A DNA stretch of 59,569 bases from a bacterium (GTDB taxonomy: Bacteria > Babelota > Babeliae > Babelales > RVW-14), in the NCBI GenBank assembly GCA_043822925.1, contig JBDRBF010000083.1, forward strand, positions 1 through 59,569, given 5' to 3'. Below the pieces are notes generated by a model. That model made no database searches. It had not been told where the DNA came from and saw only the letters and a program-made list of their open reading frames with translations. Of the stretch, positions 49,438 to 57,581 are shown one piece after another (the first letter of the stretch is position 1; the number at the start of each line of letters is the position of its first letter). A program made the position numbers and the translations under genes.

Positions 49438-50505
49438 ATGGATCATAAGAAAAAAATAGGTATGATTTTTCCTGGCCAGGGTTCACAATATCTTGGCATG
49501 GGCAAAGAATTATATGATAAACATCGTATAATTCAGGAATATTTTGAGCAAGCATCAGGTTGTCTTGATATTAATTTTGTAAAATTATGTTTTGCCGGTT
49601 CAGAAAAAGAACTTAAAGAAACACTTCATGCACAAACCTCTATTTTTTTAGTAGGTGCGTCCATGTATACACTTTTAAAAACAAAATATGACGTTATCCC
49701 AGATATTGTCGCTGGACATAGTTCTGGCGAATATACAGCTCTTTATGCAGCAGGGGGATTATCTTTTCCTGATGCGCTATATTTGCTCAAAAAACGAGCG
49801 CAATTCATGGAAGCAGCAACGCTTGAACAGTCCGGTACCATGCTTGCTGTTATAGGCCTATCGTACGATATCGTACAAGAAATTTGTAATAAATATGATG
49901 ATCCTGAATCGACGACGAGTGTGGCGCAAGTTGTTAATTATAATAGTTCATCACAAATTGTTGTCTCTGGAACACAAGAAGCTCTTGAGCGCGTGCGTGA
50001 CGAAGTTATTTTGCAGCGCGGTAAAGCAATTTTTCTAAACGTCGCAGGAGCTTTTCATTCACGGCTTATGAACGATGCGGCTAAACAGTTTGTTCAGTAC
50101 ATGGTCAAAGTCGATTTTAAAGATCTTTCTATCCCACTGGTTAATAACATACAGGCTCAAATTATAACGACAGGTGAAGAAATTAAAACATCGCTTGAAC
50201 CGCAAATGCACAGTTCTGTGCAGTGGTGGCCATCAATGCAGCAATTTCAAGATTGCGATGTAATTATAGAAATGGGTCCAGGATCCACGTTTTCAAAGAT
50301 GCTTAAACGCGAGTGGCCTGAAAAAGAAATTATGAGTGTTAATTCGACTGAAGATATCGAAAAATTATTATTATTGCTTGGTAAATCGATTGCCCGTCAC
50401 GTGCATATTGATGGATGCGAAGGTGAATGTGCACATGACGATATCGTTATGTGTGAGCAGCCGGTTATTAAAGCGCCTGAACAAATAGATCAAGATTCTC
50501 AGTGA
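49438..50505 (+). CDS. fabD: Malonyl-CoA:ACP transacylase
   Basis: FPGQGSQ, GHSSGEY, GAFHS, EMGPG. Confidence 0.96.
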   Translation: MDHKKKIGMIFPGQGSQYLGMGKELYDKHRIIQEYFEQASGCLDINFVKLCFAGSEKELKETLHAQTSIFLVGASMYTLLKTKYDVIPDIVAGHSSGEYTALYAAGGLSFPDALYLLKKRAQFMEAATLEQSGTMLAVIGLSYDIVQEICNKYDDPESTTSVAQVVNYNSSSQIVVSGTQEALERVRDEVILQRGKAIFLNVAGAFHSRLMNDAAKQFVQYMVKVDFKDLSIPLVNNIQAQIITTGEEIKTSLEPQMHSSVQWWPSMQQFQDCDVIIEMGPGSTFSKMLKREWPEKEIMSVNSTEDIEKLLLLLGKSIARHVHIDGCEGECAHDDIVMCEQPVIKAPEQIDQDSQ

Positions 50506-50510
50506 GAATT

Positions 50511-50692
50511 GTCCGGGGTTGAAACCCCGGCCTAGTAAGAGTTTCATGCTTTGCCCGGTGGGCGCCGCATGATGAATTTTTTGCAAGATTATATATAACA
50601 AGATTATATATAAATAGAGTCTGTTGAATTGGTTAAATTTTCTCGTGCTGATAAGCACGAAGCTTTTTTAGACCGGGGTTTTAACCCCGGAC
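50511..50692. repeat. REPIN-like inverted pair of palindromes
   Basis: ccggggttgaaaccccgg and ccggggttttaaccccgg in inverted orientation, each followed inward by a small (tcgtgc/gcacga-type) hairpin; same architecture as the repeats flanking tnpA. Confidence 0.75.
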
Positions 50693-50710
50693 CATAAACA
50701 TGGGAATAGT

Positions 50711-51517
50711 ATGGCACAACAAAAACACAGTGTTATTACAGGTGGTATTCAGGGGATTGGTCGCACTGTAGCTCAAATATTACATGAGCGTGGCGATCAT
50801 GTAACAATATGCGACATTATAGATTCAAGTGATTCTCGTGTAACAGCGCTTAAATCTCTCGGTTTTGCCTATATTCAGGTCGACGTTTCTAGCGTCGCTT
50901 CTATCCAAACAGCTTTTGAAGCTGTTTCCCATATAGATATCTTAGTTAATAATGCCGGTATTACGCGTGATGGGCTTGCTTTGCGTATGCGTGAGCAAGA
51001 CTGGGACGCGGTGCTGGACGTTAATCTTAAGGGTGCATTTTTCGTCACCCAGTGCGCGTTAAAAAAAATGATCAAAAATAGTATGCCAGAAGCTCCAGTA
51101 GCCCCTGATGGCACGTTATCGCAGGGGGTCCAAACACAAGGAGTCCAAACCCAAGAGCCACAGGTGTCTTATGCCCGGGGCTATATAATTAACATGAGCT
51201 CAATAGTTGCTGCCTCTGGTAATCCAGGACAGGTAAATTACGCTGCAAGTAAAGCGGGAATCACGAGTCTTACTAAAACGCTTGCGCAAGAGTATGCCAG
51301 CAGGCACATTTTGGTTAATGCGATTGCGCCCGGTTTTATTCAAACAGCAATGACCGATAAACTTGATACTTCAGTAAAAGAAATGGCTCTTGCTCGTATT
51401 GCGCTTAAACGCTTTGGCTCCGGCCATGACGTTGCTCAGGTTGTCGAGTTTTTGACTTCTGGTCGTGCAGATTATATTACTGGACAGGTTATCGAAGTTT
51501 CTGGTGGTATGATTTAA
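50711..51517 (+). CDS. fabG: 3-oxoacyl-ACP reductase with an approximately 30-aa insertion
   Basis: TGGIQGIG, NNAGITRD, NYAASKAG, APGFI, YITGQVI. Confidence 0.95.
   Translation: MAQQKHSVITGGIQGIGRTVAQILHERGDHVTICDIIDSSDSRVTALKSLGFAYIQVDVSSVASIQTAFEAVSHIDILVNNAGITRDGLALRMREQDWDAVLDVNLKGAFFVTQCALKKMIKNSMPEAPVAPDGTLSQGVQTQGVQTQEPQVSYARGYIINMSSIVAASGNPGQVNYAASKAGITSLTKTLAQEYASRHILVNAIAPGFIQTAMTDKLDTSVKEMALARIALKRFGSGHDVAQVVEFLTSGRADYITGQVIEVSGGMI
51470..51517 (+). repeat. Direct repeat copy 1 (fabG 3' end)
   Basis: 43/48 identical to 52217-52264. Confidence 0.9.
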
Positions 51518-51530
51518 TTTCTGTGGTTAA

Positions 51531-51590
51531 TTGACAGCCTTTGCCGTGTTGTTCTATCTTGCTATAGTAAGATGGTAATAATGTAATACT
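51531..51590 (+). promoter_or_regulatory. Putative promoter/operator of the AbrB-MazF module
   Basis: TTGACA-18 bp-TATCTT followed by three closely spaced GTAA repeats. Confidence 0.45.
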
Positions 51591-51617
51591 ATGGGTTGTT
51601 TTGTGTAAGGGGGCTTT

Positions 51618-51845
51618 ATGACGCGTTCAAAATTAACGATTAAATATCAAGCGACGATTCCAAAAGAAGTTCGGAGTGTTTTAGATGTAAAGCCTGGAGA
51701 TCGAATTGTTTTTGAAGTTCTTCCGGATAAGAGTGTTGTCTTGAGAAAAGAGCAGCAATTTGATCCTGATTATCTGCGGTCATTATCTTCTACATTGAGT
51801 GAATGGGATGGTGAATGTGACGAAGAAGACTATAAAGATTTGTAA
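51618..51845 (+). CDS. AbrB/MazE/SpoVT family antitoxin
   Basis: SKLTIKYQATIPKEVR..LDVKPGD; acidic C-terminal tail. Confidence 0.92.
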   Translation: MTRSKLTIKYQATIPKEVRSVLDVKPGDRIVFEVLPDKSVVLRKEQQFDPDYLRSLSSTLSEWDGECDEEDYKDL

Positions 51846-51856
51846 GGGGTATTTTA

Positions 51857-52201
51857 ATGTATGAATCGTTTGATATAGTCATTGTTCCCTTTCCTTTTGT
51901 TGATTGTACTGATCAAATTAAGCGGCGACCGGCAATGATCTTGTCTTCTTTGAAAAATTTTAATGCGAAGTCTGGGCACAGCGTTATGGTTATGATTACA
52001 AGTGCGAGAAATCAGCCATGGTCGCTTGATGTGGCAATTTCTGACTATGAAAGTTCTGGTCTTTTAAATGCTTCTGTTTTAAGAATGAAAATTTTTACGC
52101 TTGATAATCGATTGATTTTGGGAAAAATTGGAAAACTTGCCCCTAAAGATCAACAGGTGTTTTTGAAAACGGTTAAAACATTGTTCCCTAATTTTTTTTG
52201 A
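51857..52201 (+). CDS. PemK/MazF family endoribonuclease toxin
   Basis: DIVIVPFPF, KRRPAMILS, MITS, GLLNAS. Confidence 0.92.
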   Translation: MYESFDIVIVPFPFVDCTDQIKRRPAMILSSLKNFNAKSGHSVMVMITSARNQPWSLDVAISDYESSGLLNASVLRMKIFTLDNRLILGKIGKLAPKDQQVFLKTVKTLFPNFF

Positions 52202-52216
52202 TTTCGTTTTTTAACT

Positions 52217-52264
52217 GATTATATTGCTGGGTAGGTTATCGAAGTTTCTGGCGGGATGATTTAA
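52217..52264 (+). pseudogene. Direct repeat copy 2: degenerate fabG 3' end
   Basis: Reads DYIAG*VIEVSGGMI* versus fabG DYITGQVIEVSGGMI*. Confidence 0.88.
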
Positions 52265-52278
52265 GAAAAGGGGAATGT

Positions 52279-52569
52279 ATGAGTTTTGATCAAGATAAGA
52301 ATGAAATAATCGATATTATCAAAAAACATATCCCAAATTGTAAAATCTATTTATTTGGATCTCGTGCTCGCGGTACGAATCGCCCTGGTTCAGATATTGA
52401 TATTGTGCTTGATATGGGCAAAAAAATTGAACGTTCTCTTATTGCAGATATTAATGACGAACTGGAAGAATCGAATATCGTCTTTGGGGTTGATGTTCTT
52501 GATTTTAATTCGATATCTCAGGATATTAAGGATCAAATTTTAAAGGAGAGAGTATTATGGAGTTCGTAG
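52279..52569 (+). CDS. Minimal nucleotidyltransferase (MNT) antitoxin
   Basis: YLFGSRARG...SDIDI...VDV; 96 aa. Confidence 0.92.
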   Translation: MSFDQDKNEIIDIIKKHIPNCKIYLFGSRARGTNRPGSDIDIVLDMGKKIERSLIADINDELEESNIVFGVDVLDFNSISQDIKDQILKERVLWSS

Positions 52570-52976
52570 AAAAAAAATATAAACGATCTGTTACTGCATT
52601 AAAGACGCTTGAAAAGATAATAGAAGAATATAAAATTATTGACCCAAAGTATCATGAAATGTGTCGAGATGCACTTATTCAGCGTTTTGAATATTCTTTT
52701 GATGCTCTTTGGATGTATGTTAAAGTATATCTTGAAAGTGTTTGTTCTGTAGCTTTAGAGGTGAAGGGCTCTCGGCATGTTTTCCGTGAAGCTCTGAGGG
52801 CGGGTTTAATTACTCAAGAGCAGGTTGAGATCGCATTTAAGATGATAGATTTACGAAATTTGACCTCCCATGCGTATGATCAGGAAGTTGCTGATAAAGT
52901 TGCCCGTGAAATTCCAGGGTTTTATTCGTTGATGGTCGATTTTTTAAAAATCATGGATCCGTCGAAGAAAAAGTAG
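52557..52976 (+). CDS. HEPN RNase toxin (HI0074/HepT-like)
   Basis: IQRFEY, RNLTSHAY (R-x4-H-x-Y); overlaps MNT by 13 bp. Confidence 0.92.
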   Translation: MEFVEKKYKRSVTALKTLEKIIEEYKIIDPKYHEMCRDALIQRFEYSFDALWMYVKVYLESVCSVALEVKGSRHVFREALRAGLITQEQVEIAFKMIDLRNLTSHAYDQEVADKVAREIPGFYSLMVDFLKIMDPSKKK

Positions 52977-53066
52977 TAAAAGCGAGTAGATTTCGATATT
53001 ATAGGATCTCGCTCTTTCATCAAAACAAATATTCTTAATAATTTTTCAAAAATCAGGAGTTTTATC

Positions 53067-53315
53067 ATGGCATTTACAAAAGATGATACATTACTAAAAG
53101 TTTGTGAAATTATCGCTGAAAAACTTAACATGGACGCCAGCACAATAACGTCAGAATCTACATTCAAAGATCTTGGCGCTGATTCACTTGATATCGTTGA
53201 AATTATCATGGGTTTCGAAGAATCTTTTGGTATCGAAATCAAAGACGAAGATGCTGAAAAAATCAAAAACGTTGGTCAAGCTGTCGAACTTATTCATTCA
53301 GCTCGTACTAAGTAA
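53067..53315 (+). CDS. acpP: Acyl carrier protein
   Basis: [19 protein letters not shown]. Confidence 0.98.
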   Translation: MAFTKDDTLLKVCEIIAEKLNMDASTITSESTFKDLGADSLDIVEIIMGFEESFGIEIKDEDAEKIKNVGQAVELIHSARTK

Positions 53316-53327
53316 AGAAAGTATACA

Positions 53328-54659
53328 ATGGCAGACAGACACCAGGTCGTTATCACAGGAATTGGTCTTGTAACCCCGCTTGGTATAAATAAGCAAGAAA
53401 ACTGGTCAGCTTTACTCGCTGGCAAATCAGGTACCTGCTTATCGCAGGATCCGGCGTTACAAGATTATGCTCATAAGATTATTGCACCCGTCAAAGATAC
53501 CCCAGAATATACGGCTTATCTTGATGCCATTGTCGATAAAAAAATTCAACGTAAAACAGAACGTTTTATACATTTTGGCCTGCTTGCCGCGCATGAAGCA
53601 ATGCGTGATGCAGGCCTGGACCAGCTTAATCACATTGACCGTACTCGGTTTGGGTGCTACATGGGCGTTGGCCTGAGTGGTGTGCAAACGATAAGCGATG
53701 GGGCGCTTGCCCTTTCTACCCGTGGGCATAAAGCCATTTCGCCATTTCTTATTCCCAGAGCAATTAATAATTTAGCGCCCGGATGGATCTCTATGTCCTG
53801 GGACTTGCGTGGGCCATCGCTTGCCGTTACCAGTGCCTGTTCTTCTGGCGGTGATGCCATTGGCTTTGCGTACCGCCAAATTCGTGACGGTTATGCTGAT
53901 TATATGCTTGCTGGAGGCGTCGAATCTTGTATTGTCCCACTGGCTGTAATGGCTTTTGGTAATATGCGTACGCTTTCAGGTTGGCAGGGTGATCCTGCTC
54001 AAGCAAGTCGTCCGTTTGATGCCCAGCGTACCGGTTTTGTTATGGCTGAAGGGGCCGGTATTATTACGCTGGAACGTAAAGATCTTGCGCTTAAGCGTGG
54101 GGCACCCATTTATGCAGAACTTGCTGGTTATGCGGCAACCTCTGATGCATATCATATTACGGCCATGCACCCTGAGGGGCGTGGGGCTATTGATGCGATA
54201 AATCAGGCACTTGCCAGCGCACGTATTAATCCATCTGATGTCGGGTATGTTAATGCTCATGGCACCGGCACTCTTATGAACGATTCGCTTGAAACGATGG
54301 TGCTTAAAAAAGTTTTTGGACATCACATTACGTGTCCTACTCAGTTTCGTCATCCCAGACTTGATCTGGGATCCATCCCATATATAAAAAATTCTTCAAA
54401 TCATGTACTGGTCAGCAGTACAAAATCTATGACGGGACATATGATCGGCGCAGCTGGTGGTGTAGAAGCGGCCATTACGGCGCTTGCACTCAAGCACCAA
54501 ATCGTCCCTCCAACAATCAATCTTGATAATCCAGACCCAGCATGTGACCTTGATTACGTTGCTGGTCAGGCGCGCGAGGTATCTATGCGTTATGCACTGT
54601 CCAATTCTTTTGGATTTGGTGGATGTAACGCGGTTTTGGCGCTTAAAAAATCTGAATAA
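53328..54659 (+). CDS. fabF: 3-oxoacyl-ACP synthase II with palindrome-derived insertion
   Basis: SACSSG, NAHGTGT, STKSMTGH, SNSFGFGG. Confidence 0.97.
   Translation: MADRHQVVITGIGLVTPLGINKQENWSALLAGKSGTCLSQDPALQDYAHKIIAPVKDTPEYTAYLDAIVDKKIQRKTERFIHFGLLAAHEAMRDAGLDQLNHIDRTRFGCYMGVGLSGVQTISDGALALSTRGHKAISPFLIPRAINNLAPGWISMSWDLRGPSLAVTSACSSGGDAIGFAYRQIRDGYADYMLAGGVESCIVPLAVMAFGNMRTLSGWQGDPAQASRPFDAQRTGFVMAEGAGIITLERKDLALKRGAPIYAELAGYAATSDAYHITAMHPEGRGAIDAINQALASARINPSDVGYVNAHGTGTLMNDSLETMVLKKVFGHHITCPTQFRHPRLDLGSIPYIKNSSNHVLVSSTKSMTGHMIGAAGGVEAAITALALKHQIVPPTINLDNPDPACDLDYVAGQAREVSMRYALSNSFGFGGCNAVLALKKSE
54349..54374 (+). repeat. 26-bp palindromic element inserted in frame in fabF
   Basis: gtcatcccagacttgatctgggatcc encoding RHPRLDLGS. 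Confidence 0.9.
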
Positions 54660-54662
54660 GTA

Positions 54663-55023
54663 CCTATGGTTAAAACCATAGGCTAATACGAAATATCGTG
54701 CTTCCTACTACGCCCTGCGTGGCTCGTAGGACAGGTTCGCACGAGGAAAAGTCTGAGAATTTAAAGCTAAGAATTTACAGCTAAGATTTTACAGCTAAGA
54801 ATTTACGGTTCTCAGGCTGTAAGCCTGATGCTTTTGCGAGCCTGCGGTTTTAACCGTAGGCAGGAGCTAGGCTAATACGAAATATCGTGCTTCCTACTAC
54901 GCCCTGCGTGGCTCGTAGGACAGGTTCGCACGAGGAAAAGTCTAAAAATTTACAGCTAAGAATTTACGGTTCTCAGGCTGCAAGCCTGATGTTTTTGCGA
55001 GCCTGCGGTTTTAACCGTAGGCA
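54663..55023. repeat. Two tandem composite REP/REPIN-like units upstream of tnpA
   Basis: Units 54680-54862 and 54869-55023 are near-identical; palindromes cctatggttaaaaccatagg and cctgcggttttaaccgtagg (x2); internal 14-bp ctaagaatttacag repeats. Confidence 0.92.
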
Positions 55024-55108
55024 TGAGCTTGTATTTACACATATAATATGCTACATTTCAACCCATTAAAATTGAATTATATTAATCGGCTAGCATTGTA
55101 GGCGCTTT

Positions 55109-55558
55109 ATGAGTAATACATATTCGAGCATGTTTTATCATTGTGTATGGGGCACAAAAAAACGACATCCATTTCTTATTTCTCCGGTTGATGTCATGGT
55201 TCATGATCTCATTAAGACGGTTATAGAGCAACATGGTGGGCGTGTTTTGGCTATTGGTGGAATGCCTGATCATGTACATGTTCTTCTTTCTAAAAAACCA
55301 ACGGTCGCCATGTCTTTATTGATGCAATATGCAAAAGGCAGCACATCAAGACTCATTCGTGAAACTTATGTTAATATGGGAAGTTTTTCTTGGCAGAGAG
55401 GGACTGGTATTTTTTCGATACGGTATTCGGATATTGGTATTGTAAGTGCATATATTAAAAAACAGGCGAGACATCACGACTTGCAATCTTTTGAATCGGA
55501 ATATCGGTTTTTGTTAAGTGAAAATGGTTTTGAACAAAATGAAATTGATTTGGAATAG
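55109..55558 (+). mobile_element. tnpA: IS200/IS605-family HUH Y1 transposase (TnpA, probably REP-associated, RAYT-like)
   Basis: YHCVWGTKKR, PDHVHVL (HUH), KGSTSR, FSWQRG, AYIKKQARHH (catalytic Tyr); no tnpB; flanked by palindromes. Confidence 0.9.
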
Positions 55559-55662
55559 CCTCGTGTTAAAACACTAGGCTAATAAGAGTATCGTGCTTCT
55601 TACTACGCCCTGCGTGGCTCGTAGGACAGGTTCGCACGAGGAAAAGTCTGAGAATTTACAGC
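55556..55662. repeat. Third, truncated composite REP unit downstream of tnpA
   Basis: tagcctcgtgttaaaacactaggcta palindrome overlapping the tnpA stop, then the same tcgtgctt..tactacgccctgcgtggctcgtaggacaggttcgcacgaggaaaagtct block. Confidence 0.9.
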
Positions 55663-55724
55663 TTTGTTCTCGGCCCTAATTATTTATGTCCTAGTATAGC
55701 GTTCTCCTAATGGGGTCGTTATTT

Positions 55725-57311
55725 TTATGCTAAAAATTTGGTTTTTAATAATACGTAAGTGCCCGTGTCAGTTTTATTAAACGTGATTCCGGCCAGCACG
55801 ATTTGCTTCGTTTTTAATATCTCATAAGGCTCCCAGTAGCGTTTTTCTTCGATCTGTTCGAGTGCAATTTCTGGCGTGCTATCTCTTTTGAATTCGATTA
55901 CAAAAGTATACTTTGTGCCTTCCATGAGTAGGTCCATAAAGCCTTCTTCGGTGGCTACTTCGGCTGCTGGGCGTTGGCCAAAAAGCAGGCAGACCATAAA
56001 GAAAATTTGCTGGTAAAACTTTTCCAGATCTACTCTGATATTATGTGGGACAAGCTTAATAAAATCTTGCAGATGCTTACAAAAGAGTTCAAGATCGTCG
56101 CTTGCCAGAGCTTTACGAAATCTTGCACCGAATTGACCAAATTGCTCTGGTGTTATGTTACCAACAAATTGCATAATTTGCTCGGTCATAGAATAGCGTA
56201 CTTCTTCATTTGGGTATGCAACTTTGTACCCGCGCTGTTCAGTATTATAATCTGATGCGAAAGTAAGATAGCCGGTTTGCAACAGCAGTGTTCTGTAATT
56301 CTGGTAATACAAATCAATAGAAAAATTTTCTAGATTCGATTCTGAAAAAAATGAGCCTTCAATCGTTTCAATATCGACAGAAATTTGTGGGTTTTTTTCA
56401 ATAAATTTGATTAAAAAACTGGGCGTGCCTGAAGAGAACCAGTAGTTATACAAATCTTTTTTTGTTAAGCAATTATGTAACGAAAAGGGGTTATAGACTT
56501 TAATTGTATCTTTAGTAAAACGATATCCATTGTACCATGTTTTTAATACCTGGCGTGTTTGCTCATAGCTTTCTTGGCGCTTGTCGGCAAACGCTTTAAT
56601 ATGTTCTGCCAAGTACTTATCAACTTCAGCGTCCGTGTAGCCCACAAGAGCGGCTGCCCGTGTATCGTTAGTTAAATCTTCTAAGTTATTAAGATCTGAA
56701 AAGAGCGCAACTTTAGAAAACTTGCTGACGCCAGTAATAAAGAGAAAGTGTACGTGAGCATCAACATCAGTCCCCTTAAGTGTTCCATAAAATTTTTTCA
56801 ATTCTTTGCGTATAAGTTCTGCCTGGTTCGTGTCGTCAATAAGGTCAACAATGGGCTTATCGTACTCATCAATAATAACGGCAACAGAATTTTTGGTTTG
56901 GCCGAGTGTTTTAATAAGTTCGGCAAACTTTGTTTCTAATTGAGTGCTTATGGTTGTTACGTTATATTCGCGTGCAATTGCATCAAGCGTCTCGTGTAGG
57001 CTTATTCTTAAGTCTTCAGCATCAGAATGGCCAATTTGACTAAAATCAAAATATATCACCGGATGCTTTTCCCATGCATAATCGCTTTGTCCTATCCACA
57101 AGTTTTTAAAAAGCTCTCTATCTCCACTAAAAATAGAACGTAGCGTTGAACAAGTAAGTGATTTACCGAATCGACGGGGGCGGGAGAGAAAATAGCGAGA
57201 TCTAGGAATTAATAAATCATAAATATATTTCGTTTTATCGATGTACTCTTTGTTGTGAATAATAAGACTTTCGAATGTCGAAACCCCAATCGGAAGCGCT
57301 TTGAGTTTCAT
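55725..57311 (-). CDS. AAA-ATPase-like protein with C-terminal PD-(D/E)XK nuclease domain
   Basis: LPIGV, YIDKT, RPRRFGKS, IIDEYDKP, WYNGY, YNPFS, FMDL...IEFK...ALEQIEEKRY. Confidence 0.92.
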   Translation of the reverse strand: MKLKALPIGVSTFESLIIHNKEYIDKTKYIYDLLIPRSRYFLSRPRRFGKSLTCSTLRSIFSGDRELFKNLWIGQSDYAWEKHPVIYFDFSQIGHSDAEDLRISLHETLDAIAREYNVTTISTQLETKFAELIKTLGQTKNSVAVIIDEYDKPIVDLIDDTNQAELIRKELKKFYGTLKGTDVDAHVHFLFITGVSKFSKVALFSDLNNLEDLTNDTRAAALVGYTDAEVDKYLAEHIKAFADKRQESYEQTRQVLKTWYNGYRFTKDTIKVYNPFSLHNCLTKKDLYNYWFSSGTPSFLIKFIEKNPQISVDIETIEGSFFSESNLENFSIDLYYQNYRTLLLQTGYLTFASDYNTEQRGYKVAYPNEEVRYSMTEQIMQFVGNITPEQFGQFGARFRKALASDDLELFCKHLQDFIKLVPHNIRVDLEKFYQQIFFMVCLLFGQRPAAEVATEEGFMDLLMEGTKYTFVIEFKRDSTPEIALEQIEEKRYWEPYEILKTKQIVLAGITFNKTDTGTYVLLKTKFLA

Positions 57312-57376
57312 CGTTACCCCTTTTACTTACAGCGTTATTCTCGGCCCTGATTGTTACCTGGCCTAGTATATCATTC

Positions 57377-57442
57377 GTCTTCGCACAAGGCTACCCAGCC
57401 GTCGCCCGAGATGGCTATGGCGAGGCAAGCTGACGCGACAAG
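57377..57442. repeat. Nested REP-like element
   Basis: Outer cgtcttcgcacaaggctac...gacgcgacaag interrupted by inner ccagccgtcgcccgagatggctatggcgaggcaagct. Confidence 0.6.
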
Positions 57443-57455
57443 CATTTCCCCTTGG

Positions 57456-57501
57456 CCCCCTAAAACGCAAAAAAGCGAGCGACGACTTAATTAAGAATCG
57501 T
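57456..57501 (+). repeat. Direct repeat copy 1 flanking the Schlafen/AlbA_2 gene
   Basis: 44/46 identical to 59001-59046. Confidence 0.92.
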
Positions 57502-57504
57502 TTA

Positions 57505-57552
57505 ACTAGGACGCTTCTTGACGTCCTAGTTTGTCCTAGCTATAGTCCTAGT
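57505..57552 (+). promoter_or_regulatory. sigma70 promoter overlaid by GTCCTAG operator-like repeats
   Basis: TTGACG(57518)-17 bp-TATAGT(57541); three direct GTCCTAG and one inverted CTAGGAC. Confidence 0.7.
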
Positions 57553-57581
57553 AACGGAAACCTTTAACTAGAGGAAGTTTT

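Noticed and set aside
54887-55069. 60-aa ORF upstream of tnpA
   Set aside because: Lies within the repeat unit and has no RBS or protein features.
54663-55662. Possible CRISPR array
   Set aside because: Units are 100-185 bp and near-identical throughout, with no unique spacers and no cas genes; the structure fits REP/REPIN elements beside a HUH transposase.
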